A stretch of 64,000 nt of DNA from an uncultured Bacilli bacterium (GCA_934725685.1 CAKVBX010000004.1:7353-71352), one strand, 5' to 3'; counted from the first letter of the stretch, positions 35,476 to 43,812 are shown. Notes: generated by a model from the sequence alone, not told the origin. Program-made: numbers and translations.

Positions 35476-35505
35476 ATTTTAGCATTTATTTAAATGTAAA
35501 GTAAA
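35476..35505 (-). promoter_or_regulatory. Putative promoter of the island operon
   Basis: On the minus strand, TTTACT (comp. 35500-35505), an 18-nt spacer, then TAAAAT (comp. 35476-35481). This places the TSS downstream of the ORF-track ATG (35477) and so supports the 35423 start. Confidence 0.4.
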
Positions 35506-35605
35506 GTCATCAAAAAAAACAAGCAATTAACCTGTCAAGAATCCCTCTTTCTCTTCAGAGAAAAGAGCCTTTTTCCTCCCTCTTTTGATACAATAACATT
35601 TCGGT

Positions 35606-37009
35606 ATGAAAGACACGACACAAGAACTCGAGCAAGGGAAACTCTTCCCGCTCATCCTGAAACTGACCTTCCCTGCTGTCATCGCACAGCTGATCACTTT
35701 TCTGTACAATGTCGTGGACAGGATCTATGTTTCCAATATACAGGGAATCAAGACCGAGGCATTGGCTGCCCTCGGCATCGTCCTTCCCATCACCATCCTC
35801 GTCCAGGCGTTCAGCAATCTCATCGGACTCGGAGGGAGTCCTAGGGCAACGATTGCCCTAGGAGAAGGAAAGAAGGAAGAATCCAACCGGATCTTCAATA
35901 CCTCTTTCCTGCTTCTTGTTCTGTTCGGAATTGTCCTGTCCTTCCTTCTCTTTTTCTATGGGAAAGACCTCATCATTCTATTCGGCTGTCCAGATGCCTC
36001 GCTTTCCTATGCGAGCGATTATCTGAGAATCTATTCCCTCGGCACCCTCTTCATCCTGCTTTCTCAAGGTCTCAATCCCTTCATCACAGCACAAGGTAGG
36101 TCCTTCAGTGCGATGTTCTCCATTCTGATCGGTGCCCTCATCAATATCGCTCTCGACCCTTTATTCATCTTTGTCTTCCGGATGGGAGTGAAAGGGGCAA
36201 GCCTTGCGACCATCCTCTCTCAGGCCATCTCCTTTATCTGGATTTTCACTTTTTTCTTCCGGAAATCGAGCATCTTCCGTATCAGACTGAAAGACATGGC
36301 ATTCTCCCTAAGACGATGTCTCAGCATCTTTTCCCTCGGTCTTTCTCCGTTCATTATGACGGCGACAGAATGCGCCATCCAGATTGTCTTCAATATCTGC
36401 CTGAAGAAAGTCACCGGCAGCGATGAAGCCTATACCGCCGCACTCACCATCATGCTCTCCGCCCTTCAGCTCATCTCACTTCCCCTCAACGGCATGGGTT
36501 ATGGAATGCAGCCGTTTGTCAGCTACAATTACGGAAAAGGAAATATCAAGCGGCTGAAAAAAGGGATTTTTCTCATTACCGGAATTGCCTTTGTCTTTGC
36601 TGTTATGATTTATACCATTTCCATGATCTATCCTGGGATGTATGCCACGATATTCTCTGCAGACCCCAAGGTGAGACAAATTGTCATCGCCTATTGTCCG
36701 CTGTTTCTCATGGGAACCATCATGTTCTTCATCCAGATGACATTGCAGAATATCAATGTCGCTTTAGGACAGGCGCTCAGCGCCCTTTGTCTCGCCTGTA
36801 TGAGAAAGGTCGTCATCCTCATTCCGCTCTGTTTCCTTCTCTCCCATTATCTCGGAGCAGAAGGCGTCTTTCTTTCCGAAGGAATCGCCGATTCTCTCGC
36901 CGGTATCATCACCGGAATTGTTCTCTTCCTTTCCTTCCGTTCTCTTTTTAAGCAGAGGGAAAAACCTTCCGTAGCTCTGACAAAAGGGCTCTCCGGAAAA
37001 GGGATGTGA
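35606..37009 (+). CDS. MATE-family efflux transporter
   Basis: GKLFPLILKLTFPAVIAQLITFLYNVVDRIYVS start, 12 predicted TM helices and two-fold internal symmetry. Confidence 0.85.
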   Translation: MKDTTQELEQGKLFPLILKLTFPAVIAQLITFLYNVVDRIYVSNIQGIKTEALAALGIVLPITILVQAFSNLIGLGGSPRATIALGEGKKEESNRIFNTSFLLLVLFGIVLSFLLFFYGKDLIILFGCPDASLSYASDYLRIYSLGTLFILLSQGLNPFITAQGRSFSAMFSILIGALINIALDPLFIFVFRMGVKGASLATILSQAISFIWIFTFFFRKSSIFRIRLKDMAFSLRRCLSIFSLGLSPFIMTATECAIQIVFNICLKKVTGSDEAYTAALTIMLSALQLISLPLNGMGYGMQPFVSYNYGKGNIKRLKKGIFLITGIAFVFAVMIYTISMIYPGMYATIFSADPKVRQIVIAYCPLFLMGTIMFFIQMTLQNINVALGQALSALCLACMRKVVILIPLCFLLSHYLGAEGVFLSEGIADSLAGIITGIVLFLSFRSLFKQREKPSVALTKGLSGKGM

Positions 37010-37257
37010 AAAGCCAAGGAAGAAGGTCATTCTAGAAAAAGACAACATCATAAAGAAAAGAAGAATAGGGGATGACAATCGCCAAAGTCCTTCCCCGATA
37101 CCATATGTTATCCTTTTGGATGCACCGAGAGAAACCTCAGCCCGAATTCCTCAAGGAGACAATGATTTTAAGAAGTATTCCAGAGAAGCCTGATGGCTAT
37201 GGAGGATGTGATGTGCACTTTTACCTTTTTTCGTATTCTCATTCGAATACTTCAAGA

Positions 37258-37305
37258 GGGACAAAATCACTGAACAACTTTCAGGGACAAATTCACAGAA
37301 CAACT
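37258..37305 (+). repeat. Tandem 22-nt direct repeats (period 26 nt) just upstream of the infC promoter
   Basis: GGGACAAAATCACTGAACAACT (37258-37279) and GGGACAAATTCACAGAACAACT (37284-37305) are identical at 20/22 positions. Confidence 0.7.
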
Positions 37306-37325
37306 ACAACATTCAGAAAAAAACA

Positions 37326-37354
37326 TTGACTATAAATGCTTATTGTTGTAAACT
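37326..37354 (+). promoter_or_regulatory. Putative sigma-A promoter of the infC-rpmI-rplT operon
   Basis: TTGACT (37326-37331), a 17-nt spacer, then TAAACT (37349-37354). Confidence 0.55.
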
Positions 37355-37540
37355 TATCCTTGCGAAAAACGCAACTAAGAAAGAGAACGCCCGTTCTCAC
37401 CTGACTGAATCTCGTTTCGGTAGGTCAAAAGCTTGAGTTGAAATCGCACAGACGGCAGAACTCATCGATTCTGTTTTTGTGCGCTATCAATGGCTATAAC
37501 GGGTTTCTCTTGCGAGGAACCCGTTTTTTGTAAGCATAAT
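37355..37540 (+). promoter_or_regulatory. L20-type ribosomal-protein leader (transcription attenuator) upstream of infC
   Basis: A roughly 190-nt structured untranslated leader between the promoter and the infC SD. It ends in an intrinsic terminator (AACGGGTT...AACCCGTT followed by TTTTT, 37498-37530). Position and architecture match the Firmicute L20 leader (Rfam L20_leader). No covariance search was run. Confidence 0.55.
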
Positions 37541-37554
37541 GGAGGATTCGTCTT

Positions 37555-38136
37555 ATATACAACAAGTATCAAGGTCAGCAGTTCCGTCCGAAGAACAATA
37601 ATGATCGAGAATTAGTCAACGAAAGGATTCACTTCAAGGAAGTCCTTCTTATCGGGCCTCAGGGAGAAAGCTTCGGCGTTGTCCCAATCAAGGTTGCCAT
37701 GCAGAAGTCCTATGAATATCAGATGGATATTCTCTGTGTCTCTCCGCAGGCGCATCCGCCGGTCTGTAAGATTGTCGACTATGGCAAGTACAAGTTCGAT
37801 AAGGACAAGAAAGCCAAGGAAGCCAAGAAGAACCAGAAGAAGACTGTTGTCAAAGAGATCAGATTTACTGCGACGACGGACAAACATGACTTGGAAACTA
37901 AGGCCAAAGCCGCACTCAAGTTCCTTGAGGATGGCATGAAAGTCAAGGTTTCCGTCTACATCAAAGGAAGAATGATGCAGAGAATGGATATCGTCAAGGA
38001 AACACTGAGTTCCTTCTTATCCATGGTCAAAGACTACTGCACGACCGAAAAAGAACCTGAATTGGTCGGAAAAGATTATTCCATCATGCTGAATCCGAAA
38101 GCTTCAAAAAAACAGGAGGGCCAGAAAAATGCCTAA
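37555..38136 (+). CDS. infC: Translation initiation factor IF-3, non-AUG start
   Basis: The frame is open from 37540. Translation ...LVNERIHFKEVLLIGPQGESFGVVPIKVAMQKSYEYQMDILCVSPQAHPPVCKIVDYGKYKFDKDKKAKEAKKNQK..VKEIRF matches IF3. The only plausible initiators are ATA (37555, 9 nt after GGAGG 37541-37545) or ATT (37546). The ORF track shows only the internal Met (37699). Confidence 0.85.
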   Translation: MYNKYQGQQFRPKNNNDRELVNERIHFKEVLLIGPQGESFGVVPIKVAMQKSYEYQMDILCVSPQAHPPVCKIVDYGKYKFDKDKKAKEAKKNQKKTVVKEIRFTATTDKHDLETKAKAALKFLEDGMKVKVSVYIKGRMMQRMDIVKETLSSFLSMVKDYCTTEKEPELVGKDYSIMLNPKASKKQEGQKNA

Positions 38137-38323
38137 AATGAAGAGTAAACGTGGTGCCGTCAAGAGATTCAAAATTACTGCCAGCGGCAAGGTCAAGAAG
38201 TGGAACCAGAATACGAGCCACCTCTCTCACAACAAGACCCATAAGATGATCCGTCACAACCGCAAGGCCAGATACCTTGGCAACCTTGAGTCCAAGAAGA
38301 TGATGGGACTCATCAGTAAGTAA
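38129..38323 (+). CDS. rpmI: 50S ribosomal protein L35
   Basis: MPKMKSKRGAVKRFKITASGKVK... It overlaps the infC end by 8 nt. Confidence 0.95.
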   Translation: MPKMKSKRGAVKRFKITASGKVKKWNQNTSHLSHNKTHKMIRHNRKARYLGNLESKKMMGLISK

Positions 38324-38339
38324 AGAGAGGTAAGTAACA

Positions 38340-38699
38340 ATGAGAGTTAAACGTGGTACCGTCAGACACGACAGCCGTAAAAAGATTTTAAAGAGAGCCG
38401 AAGGATACTTCGGTGCAAGACATAAGCTCTTCAAGACCGCCAAAGAAGCGACCATGAAGGCTGATGCCCATGCCTTCAACGGACGTAAGGAAAGAAAACA
38501 GGATTACAGAAAGCTCTGGATCCGTCGTATCTCCGCCGCCTGCAAGGTCAATGACATCTCCTATTCTCAGTTCATGTATGGACTGAAGCTTGCCGATATT
38601 CAGCTCAACAGAAAGATGCTCAGTGAAATCGCCGGCACCAACGCCGAAGAGTTCAAGAATCTTGTCGAGACTGCCAAGCAGGCTATTGCTTCCAAGTAA
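38340..38699 (+). CDS. rplT: 50S ribosomal protein L20
   Basis: MRVKRGTVRHDSRKKILKRAEGYFGARHKLFKTAKE... Confidence 0.95.
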   Translation: MRVKRGTVRHDSRKKILKRAEGYFGARHKLFKTAKEATMKADAHAFNGRKERKQDYRKLWIRRISAACKVNDISYSQFMYGLKLADIQLNRKMLSEIAGTNAEEFKNLVETAKQAIASK

Positions 38700-38720
38700 T
38701 TTCTTCCAAAAGTAATCGAA

Positions 38721-38752
38721 AGAGGACAGCCATCCGGCTGTCCTCTTTTTTT
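38721..38752. terminator. Terminator after rplT, also facing the convergent feo operon
   Basis: AGAGGACAGCC-ATCC-GGCTGTCCTCT followed by TTTTTT. Confidence 0.85.
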
Positions 38753-38757
38753 CTTTC

Positions 38758-38934
38758 TCATTTTTTCTTCCCTTTCTCTTCCTTCCGCTTCGTTCTCTTA
38801 TAATCCCGAAGCAGTTCCTTCGCTTTCCTCGATTTCCTTTTCTTCTTAAAAAGAATCGGATAGAGCTTATAGAAAAGAACGGAAAGAAGTGCAATCACGA
38901 CACAGAGAACGACAAGGAAATCAATCCAGTTCAT
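38758..38934 (-). CDS. Small membrane protein (58 aa) translationally coupled to feoB (not in the ORF track, which lists nothing shorter than 60 aa)
   Basis: The ATG (comp. 38932-38934) overlaps the feoB TGA as ATGA. My translation is MNWIDFLVVLCVVIALLSVLFYKLYPILFKKKRKSRKAKELLRDYKRTKRKEEKGKKK: one TM helix plus a Lys/Arg-rich tail. It stops just before the terminator. Confidence 0.5.
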   Translation of the reverse strand: MNWIDFLVVLCVVIALLSVLFYKLYPILFKKKRKSRKAKELLRDYKRTKRKEEKGKKK

Positions 38935-41048
38935 AAGCCGGTCACCCCCGCGAATCCGTTACAGGCCCAGGCGATGGTGCCAAGCACCGTCGAAATCAGA
39001 TAGGCAATCAAGACTTCCATCGACATCGTGAAAATCAGTTTCTTCGTTGAACCGAGTTCCCGTTTTAGGGCACTTACCGCAGAGATACATGGAATGGAGA
39101 AGAGATTGAAGGACAGGAAGGACAAGGAGGTGAGAATTCCATTGGCATCGAGTGTAGAGAGGAAAGAAAAAGGAGAGGTAGAGGAAAGAATGGCGTTGCT
39201 TCCTCCTGCGATGACGGAAAGGGAAGAGACCACCTGTTCCTTGGCAATCAGGCCCTGCATTGCCGAAACGGTGAGTCCCCAGGAATAGTGCCCGCCGAAA
39301 GCAGGAATGAAGAGATAGGCGAGAACCTTCCCGACGCTCGCCAGCATGGAAGAGGAAATCGCCATGGTCTCGATGTTGGAAAAGGTATCTTTCGGCCCGA
39401 CATAAGCAAAGGTCCAGGTGAAGCGGGTAAAGAACCAAACCAAGAATGTGCATAGGAAAATGGTAGTTCCAGCCCTTTCGATAAAATCAAGAGTTTTGTC
39501 TTTTACATCACGATAGACATAATAAGCATTCGGCATCTTGTATTCCGGTAGTTCGGAAATGAAGGAATCATTTCCTTTTCGGAAAAAGAACTTCTTTAGA
39601 ATGATGTTGACAAAGAGAATGATGAAAAGAGAGAAGAGGTAACAGACAAACGTCACAAGCCAGCCGGCTTTAGGGAAAATCACACCTGCGAGAAGAGACA
39701 TGATTGGCAGTTTCGCATTGCAGGGAATGAAAGGAACAAGCATGGCCGTCATCTCTTTCTCCTCCGGATTCTCGACGGTTCTCGCCGTCATGATGCCGGG
39801 GACAGAGCAGCCAGTCCCAACAATGAAGGGTATGATCGACTTACCGGAAAGGCCGAACTTTTTGAAGAGCGCATCGAGAAAGAAAGCGATTCTCGACATA
39901 TAGCCGCTTGCCTCCAGAACCGAGAGGCACAAGAATAGAGTGACAAGCTGCGGGATGAATGAAAGGACAGTGGAGATACCGCCGATAATGCCGTTGGCGA
40001 CAAGGTCGCTCGCCCAGACAGAACCTCCCGCCTGCTCAATTGACCTTCCAAGAAGCGGCCCGAGGCCTTCGATGGAGAAGGGAACCTCCTGGAAGAAAAT
40101 TCCGATTGTTGTCGATCCGTTGAAGAGAGCATCAATGAAATCGCTCGTGACAGAACCGATGACACCGATGGAAAGGAAATACATCAGTCCGATGACGAGG
40201 AGGAAAATCGGCAAGGCGAGGTAACGGTTGAGAACGATCCGATCGATTTTATCCGTGATGGATTCCGGCATTTCCTTTTCTACAAGGCAGTCCGCCTTGA
40301 CGGAGGTGACATACTGATAACGCTGGTCGGCGATAATCTGCTCCGCATCCATATCATAACGTTCTTCCAGAGCGGATACTTCCTTTCTGGTCGAAACATT
40401 GTTCAGTGCCTGATAGAAAGGGTCCTTTTCGAACAGCTTGACGGCTGCAAAACGGAGTTCTTTTTTATCCTCGAGCTCCTGACTGAGATCCATCTCAAGA
40501 TGATGGAGCTCTTCTGCAACATCTGAGGCATAGATGTTCCGTTTCGGATTGGGACGGTATCCGTGAGTTTTGATCAAGGAAATCAGTCGGTCGATTCCTT
40601 CTCCCGTCTTGGCGGAAATGCGGACCACAGAGACGCCGAGTCTCTCTTCCAGTTTCTTAAAATCGATATTAATTCCCTTCTTCTCGAGAATATCGGCCAT
40701 ATTCATCGCCACGATGACATCTGCATCCAGTTCGAGGAGCTGGGTAGTAAGATAAAGGGACCGCTCCATGCTGGTTGCATCGACAATATTGATGATGAGG
40801 TCCGGATTCTGATCGATGCAGAACTGTCGGGTGACCTTTTCCTCACTGGTATACGGAGAGAGGGAATAGACACCAGGCGTATCGACGAGAATAAGGTCCT
40901 TGGTTCCTCGGATGACGCCTTCCTTCCGTTCGATGGTGACACCCGGCCAGTTTCCGATGGTGGCATTCTGCCCGGTCAATGCATTGAATAATGTGGTCTT
41001 CCCGGCATTCTGGTTTCCGATGAGACCGATTGTCATGCTATCCTTCAT
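38931..41048 (-). CDS. feoB: Ferrous iron transporter FeoB
   Basis: N-terminal G-domain (GNQNAGKTTLFNALTG, DTPG, NMAD) plus a polytopic permease domain. The ATGA overlaps the feoA stop. Confidence 0.95.
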   Translation of the reverse strand: MKDSMTIGLIGNQNAGKTTLFNALTGQNATIGNWPGVTIERKEGVIRGTKDLILVDTPGVYSLSPYTSEEKVTRQFCIDQNPDLIINIVDATSMERSLYLTTQLLELDADVIVAMNMADILEKKGINIDFKKLEERLGVSVVRISAKTGEGIDRLISLIKTHGYRPNPKRNIYASDVAEELHHLEMDLSQELEDKKELRFAAVKLFEKDPFYQALNNVSTRKEVSALEERYDMDAEQIIADQRYQYVTSVKADCLVEKEMPESITDKIDRIVLNRYLALPIFLLVIGLMYFLSIGVIGSVTSDFIDALFNGSTTIGIFFQEVPFSIEGLGPLLGRSIEQAGGSVWASDLVANGIIGGISTVLSFIPQLVTLFLCLSVLEASGYMSRIAFFLDALFKKFGLSGKSIIPFIVGTGCSVPGIMTARTVENPEEKEMTAMLVPFIPCNAKLPIMSLLAGVIFPKAGWLVTFVCYLFSLFIILFVNIILKKFFFRKGNDSFISELPEYKMPNAYYVYRDVKDKTLDFIERAGTTIFLCTFLVWFFTRFTWTFAYVGPKDTFSNIETMAISSSMLASVGKVLAYLFIPAFGGHYSWGLTVSAMQGLIAKEQVVSSLSVIAGGSNAILSSTSPFSFLSTLDANGILTSLSFLSFNLFSIPCISAVSALKRELGSTKKLIFTMSMEVLIAYLISTVLGTIAWACNGFAGVTGL

Positions 41049-41338
41049 TTTTCGCTCCCGATGACCACAATGTCGATGTTTCTCAGATCTTCAATCCGCA
41101 TGGCAAGCTCATATCCTCTCAACTCGATGTCGACCGGGTTTCCGAAAGGGGCCACCTTCTTCACTCTGACAGTGACGCCCCTCGTGATTCCCATATCGAG
41201 AAGATGCCGCTTCAGTGCGGCATTGTCGTTATGGAAATCGAGCACTTTTGCTATTTGGCCTTTTCTCAGGTCAGAAAGGTGGCCGTGATCCCCAACTTTC
41301 AGATTCTGTCGGTGTTTTGTCGCGTCGTTGACACTCAT
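41045..41338 (-). CDS. feoA: FeoA-domain protein
   Basis: SH3-like FeoA core LSDLRKGQIAKVLDF...LLDMGITRGVTVRVKKVAPFGNPVDIELRGYELAMR. Confidence 0.85.
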   Translation of the reverse strand: MSVNDATKHRQNLKVGDHGHLSDLRKGQIAKVLDFHNDNAALKRHLLDMGITRGVTVRVKKVAPFGNPVDIELRGYELAMRIEDLRNIDIVVIGSEK

Positions 41339-41453
41339 GATGAAGTCTCCTTTCCTAATGGCAGAAAACAGCTTATAACGTGAATAATTCCTAGAAGCAT
41401 CTTGCTGATTTCAGTCGGATTTTTCTATTGTGGAGAATGCGTTCTACCCGCTC

Positions 41454-41480
41454 ATAAAATGCCGCCCGAAGGCGGCATTT
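41454..41480 (-). terminator. Rho-independent terminator after thiI
   Basis: AAATGCCGCC-CGAA-GGCGGCATTT, followed by TTTTAT on the minus strand. Confidence 0.8.
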
Positions 41481-41485
41481 GAAAT

Positions 41486-42664
41486 TCAGAATTCGTCTTC
41501 TTGCAACGTCACATGCTCGGCTGTCGTATTCTTCACGCATTCACTGACCATGGACTGCCAGTCGAATTCGGATTCGATCTTATTGACGACCTCCAAGGAA
41601 GGATGCGTGACCGGATCCTTGAGGGTGAAAATAGTACAGCAGTCTTCGTAGGGACGGATGGAGATTTCATAGGTGCCGATCTTCTTGGCAAGATCCATGA
41701 TCTCCGTCTTGTCGACACAGGCTAACGGTCTCACCATCGGAAGATGGGAGCACTCTTCGATGACCCGCATCGATGGAAGCGTCTGCGAGGCGACCTGACC
41801 GATGCTCTCTCCGGAAGAGAGAATGAGGTCGTTGTGCTTGTTGGCAATCCGCTCTGCGATTCTCATCATCATTCTTCTCATGACGGTGACGCAGTAGCTC
41901 GGACCGGCGACCTCATAGATTTTCCGTTCCAGTTCCGTGAACGGAACGACATAAAGCTTGATATCCGGCTGATACTCGTTCAGGACATGGAGAAGGTCAT
42001 GGATTTTCTCGATGACGGCCTGGGAAGTATAAGGCGGAGCGGCAAAGTGGATGCACTCGAGTTTGACACCGCGCTTCATCATCAGGTAGGCGGCCACGGG
42101 GGAGTCGATGCCACCGCTTAAGAGGCAGAGGGATTTCCCCGCGATACCGAGCGGATATCCGCCCATTCCCTTTTCCTTCAGGGCATAGACATAGGCGCCT
42201 TCCGGACGGATCATGACATGGATCAGGATATCTGGGGTATGGACATCGACCTGGCTGTTCTGTGTCGCACGGAGCACATAGGATCCGACCTTGCGGGAAA
42301 CCTCATCGGAGTGAATCGGGAATTCCTTGTCGGCGCGACGGGTCTCGATTTTGAAGGTTTTCTTGCCGGAGGCTAAGTAAACTTCCTTCGCCTCTTCCGA
42401 GATGGCTTCCATCGTTTTCTCGACATTCTTTGCCAAAGCAAAAGAACCGATACCGGAAACCTTCTTCAGTGGTTTCTTCACTTCCTCGTAGTCTTCTCCG
42501 TTGAGAAGGATGTAGATGTGATCTTTCTTGATTTCATAGGTCAGGCCTTTGAAATTGCGGAGTGCATACTGAATATTCTTTCCGAGGAGTCGGATGAAAT
42601 TCATGATGTTCTTTCCTTTTGTGGAAAGTTCACCGAAGAATACGATAATCATGTCTGTGTTCAT
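41486..42664 (-). CDS. thiI: tRNA 4-thiouridine(8) synthase ThiI (no rhodanese domain)
   Basis: THUMP region plus the PP-loop LSGGIDSPVAAYLMMKRG. Confidence 0.9.
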   Translation of the reverse strand: MNTDMIIVFFGELSTKGKNIMNFIRLLGKNIQYALRNFKGLTYEIKKDHIYILLNGEDYEEVKKPLKKVSGIGSFALAKNVEKTMEAISEEAKEVYLASGKKTFKIETRRADKEFPIHSDEVSRKVGSYVLRATQNSQVDVHTPDILIHVMIRPEGAYVYALKEKGMGGYPLGIAGKSLCLLSGGIDSPVAAYLMMKRGVKLECIHFAAPPYTSQAVIEKIHDLLHVLNEYQPDIKLYVVPFTELERKIYEVAGPSYCVTVMRRMMMRIAERIANKHNDLILSSGESIGQVASQTLPSMRVIEECSHLPMVRPLACVDKTEIMDLAKKIGTYEISIRPYEDCCTIFTLKDPVTHPSLEVVNKIESEFDWQSMVSECVKNTTAEHVTLQEDEF

Positions 42665-43809
42665 TTTTCTTCCTCCTTCACTTTGATTTCCAAAAGGATT
42701 TCGCGAAGATTCTTCATAAAGGTCTGGGCCTGTTCCAAAGTCTCTCTGCCCGAGAAGGAAAGACGGATTCCATTATAGGCAATCTTTTCGTTGTATCCTG
42801 CATTTTTCAGCACATAGGAATAGCCTTCCTCTCGGCTGGAACAAGCAGATTTCGTCGAAACATAGATGCCGCGGTTACTGAGTGCTTCCGCAATGACGGA
42901 GCCTTTGTGTTCCCGAAGGGCAAAGGAGAGAATGAAAGGAGTGCAGTTTCCTTTCGACGTAATTTCAACCTCTTCGATTTTGGAAAGTTCCTCCCGAAGA
43001 TAGGCATTCACTTTCTTTGCCTGACTTTTCCGTTCTGCCTCTGAAGAGAGGGAGAGACGGAGGGCAGTGGCAAGAGAGCAATCGAGTCCAAGCGGTGTCG
43101 TTCCGGCACGGAGTCCGTTTTCCTGTTCTCCGCCGAGAATCTGTTCTTCCAAAAGGACATGTTTCTTTTTCACAAGGATGCCGGATCCTTTGAGTCCTCC
43201 GATCTTATGACCGGAGAAGGTCATCAGATCATAACTGTCCGGACTGAGCATTTCCTTTCCAATTGCCTGTGTGGCATCGACATGGAGGAGAGCTCTCGAA
43301 TGAGAGTGGACGATTTTGCTGACTTCCGAAACCGGAAAGATATATCCGACTTCATTGTTGACGGCCATGACGGATACTAAGGAGGTCGGAACGGAGAGAG
43401 CATCTTCCAGTTCCTTCAGATTCAGTTTTCCTTCTTCGTCATAGTCGAGGTAGACGACATCGAATCCTTCCTTTTCAAGTTTACGGAAAACCTCCATCAC
43501 GGAAGGATGTTCGGCTTTCGTGGTGATAATCCGTTTGGCCCAACCTCTGTTGTGGTAGGCGACCCCTTTGATGGCGAGATTGTTCCCTTCGCTCGCACCG
43601 GAAGTGAAGACGACTTCCTCCGGAAGAACATGGAGATACTTCGCCACCTGCATCCTCGCCCGCTGCAGAGTCGAAGAACAGGCAAAACCTAACGCATGGT
43701 TGGAGGATGCGTTGGCAAAAGAGTTCACGGAAACATCTTGGAAGACCTTGAGGACTTCCGGGTAAGGTCTGACTGTGCTCGCACAGTCAAAATAGATATC
43801 GCAGTTCAT
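42661..43809 (-). CDS. nifZ: Cysteine desulfurase (class V aminotransferase, NifS/IscS-like) partnered with ThiI
   Basis: FTSGASEGNN, HVDATQA, the PLP lysine SGHKIGGLKGSG, and the active-site Cys STKSACSS. A 4-nt overlap with thiI matches Bacillus nifZ-thiI. Confidence 0.8.
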   Translation of the reverse strand: MNCDIYFDCASTVRPYPEVLKVFQDVSVNSFANASSNHALGFACSSTLQRARMQVAKYLHVLPEEVVFTSGASEGNNLAIKGVAYHNRGWAKRIITTKAEHPSVMEVFRKLEKEGFDVVYLDYDEEGKLNLKELEDALSVPTSLVSVMAVNNEVGYIFPVSEVSKIVHSHSRALLHVDATQAIGKEMLSPDSYDLMTFSGHKIGGLKGSGILVKKKHVLLEEQILGGEQENGLRAGTTPLGLDCSLATALRLSLSSEAERKSQAKKVNAYLREELSKIEEVEITSKGNCTPFILSFALREHKGSVIAEALSNRGIYVSTKSACSSREEGYSYVLKNAGYNEKIAYNGIRLSFSGRETLEQAQTFMKNLREILLEIKVKEEEK

Positions 43810-43812
43810 CGT

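Noticed and set aside
35541-35580. The hairpin CTCTTTCTCT-TCAG-AGAAAAGAG followed by a CCTTTTTCC run, just upstream of the MATE gene. It could be a terminator or attenuator.
   Set aside because: The stem is imperfect and AT/CT-rich. There is no upstream plus-strand gene to terminate, and I could not identify an alternative antiterminator.
37072-37329. An 85-aa ORF in the gap between the MATE gene and the infC promoter.
   Set aside because: It has no SD and an odd composition. It spans the tandem 22-nt repeats and runs into the promoter, so it is more likely noncoding.
38388-38894. A 168-aa minus-strand ORF overlapping rplT.
   Set aside because: It runs antisense through rplT and straight across the strong terminator hairpin. 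The shorter 58-aa ORF in another frame, ATGA-coupled to feoB, is the more credible gene.
41339-41455. A possible Fur box upstream of feoA (GAATTATTCACGTTATAAG).
   Set aside because: It only weakly resembles TGATAATnATTATCA. I could not support a real operator from sequence alone.
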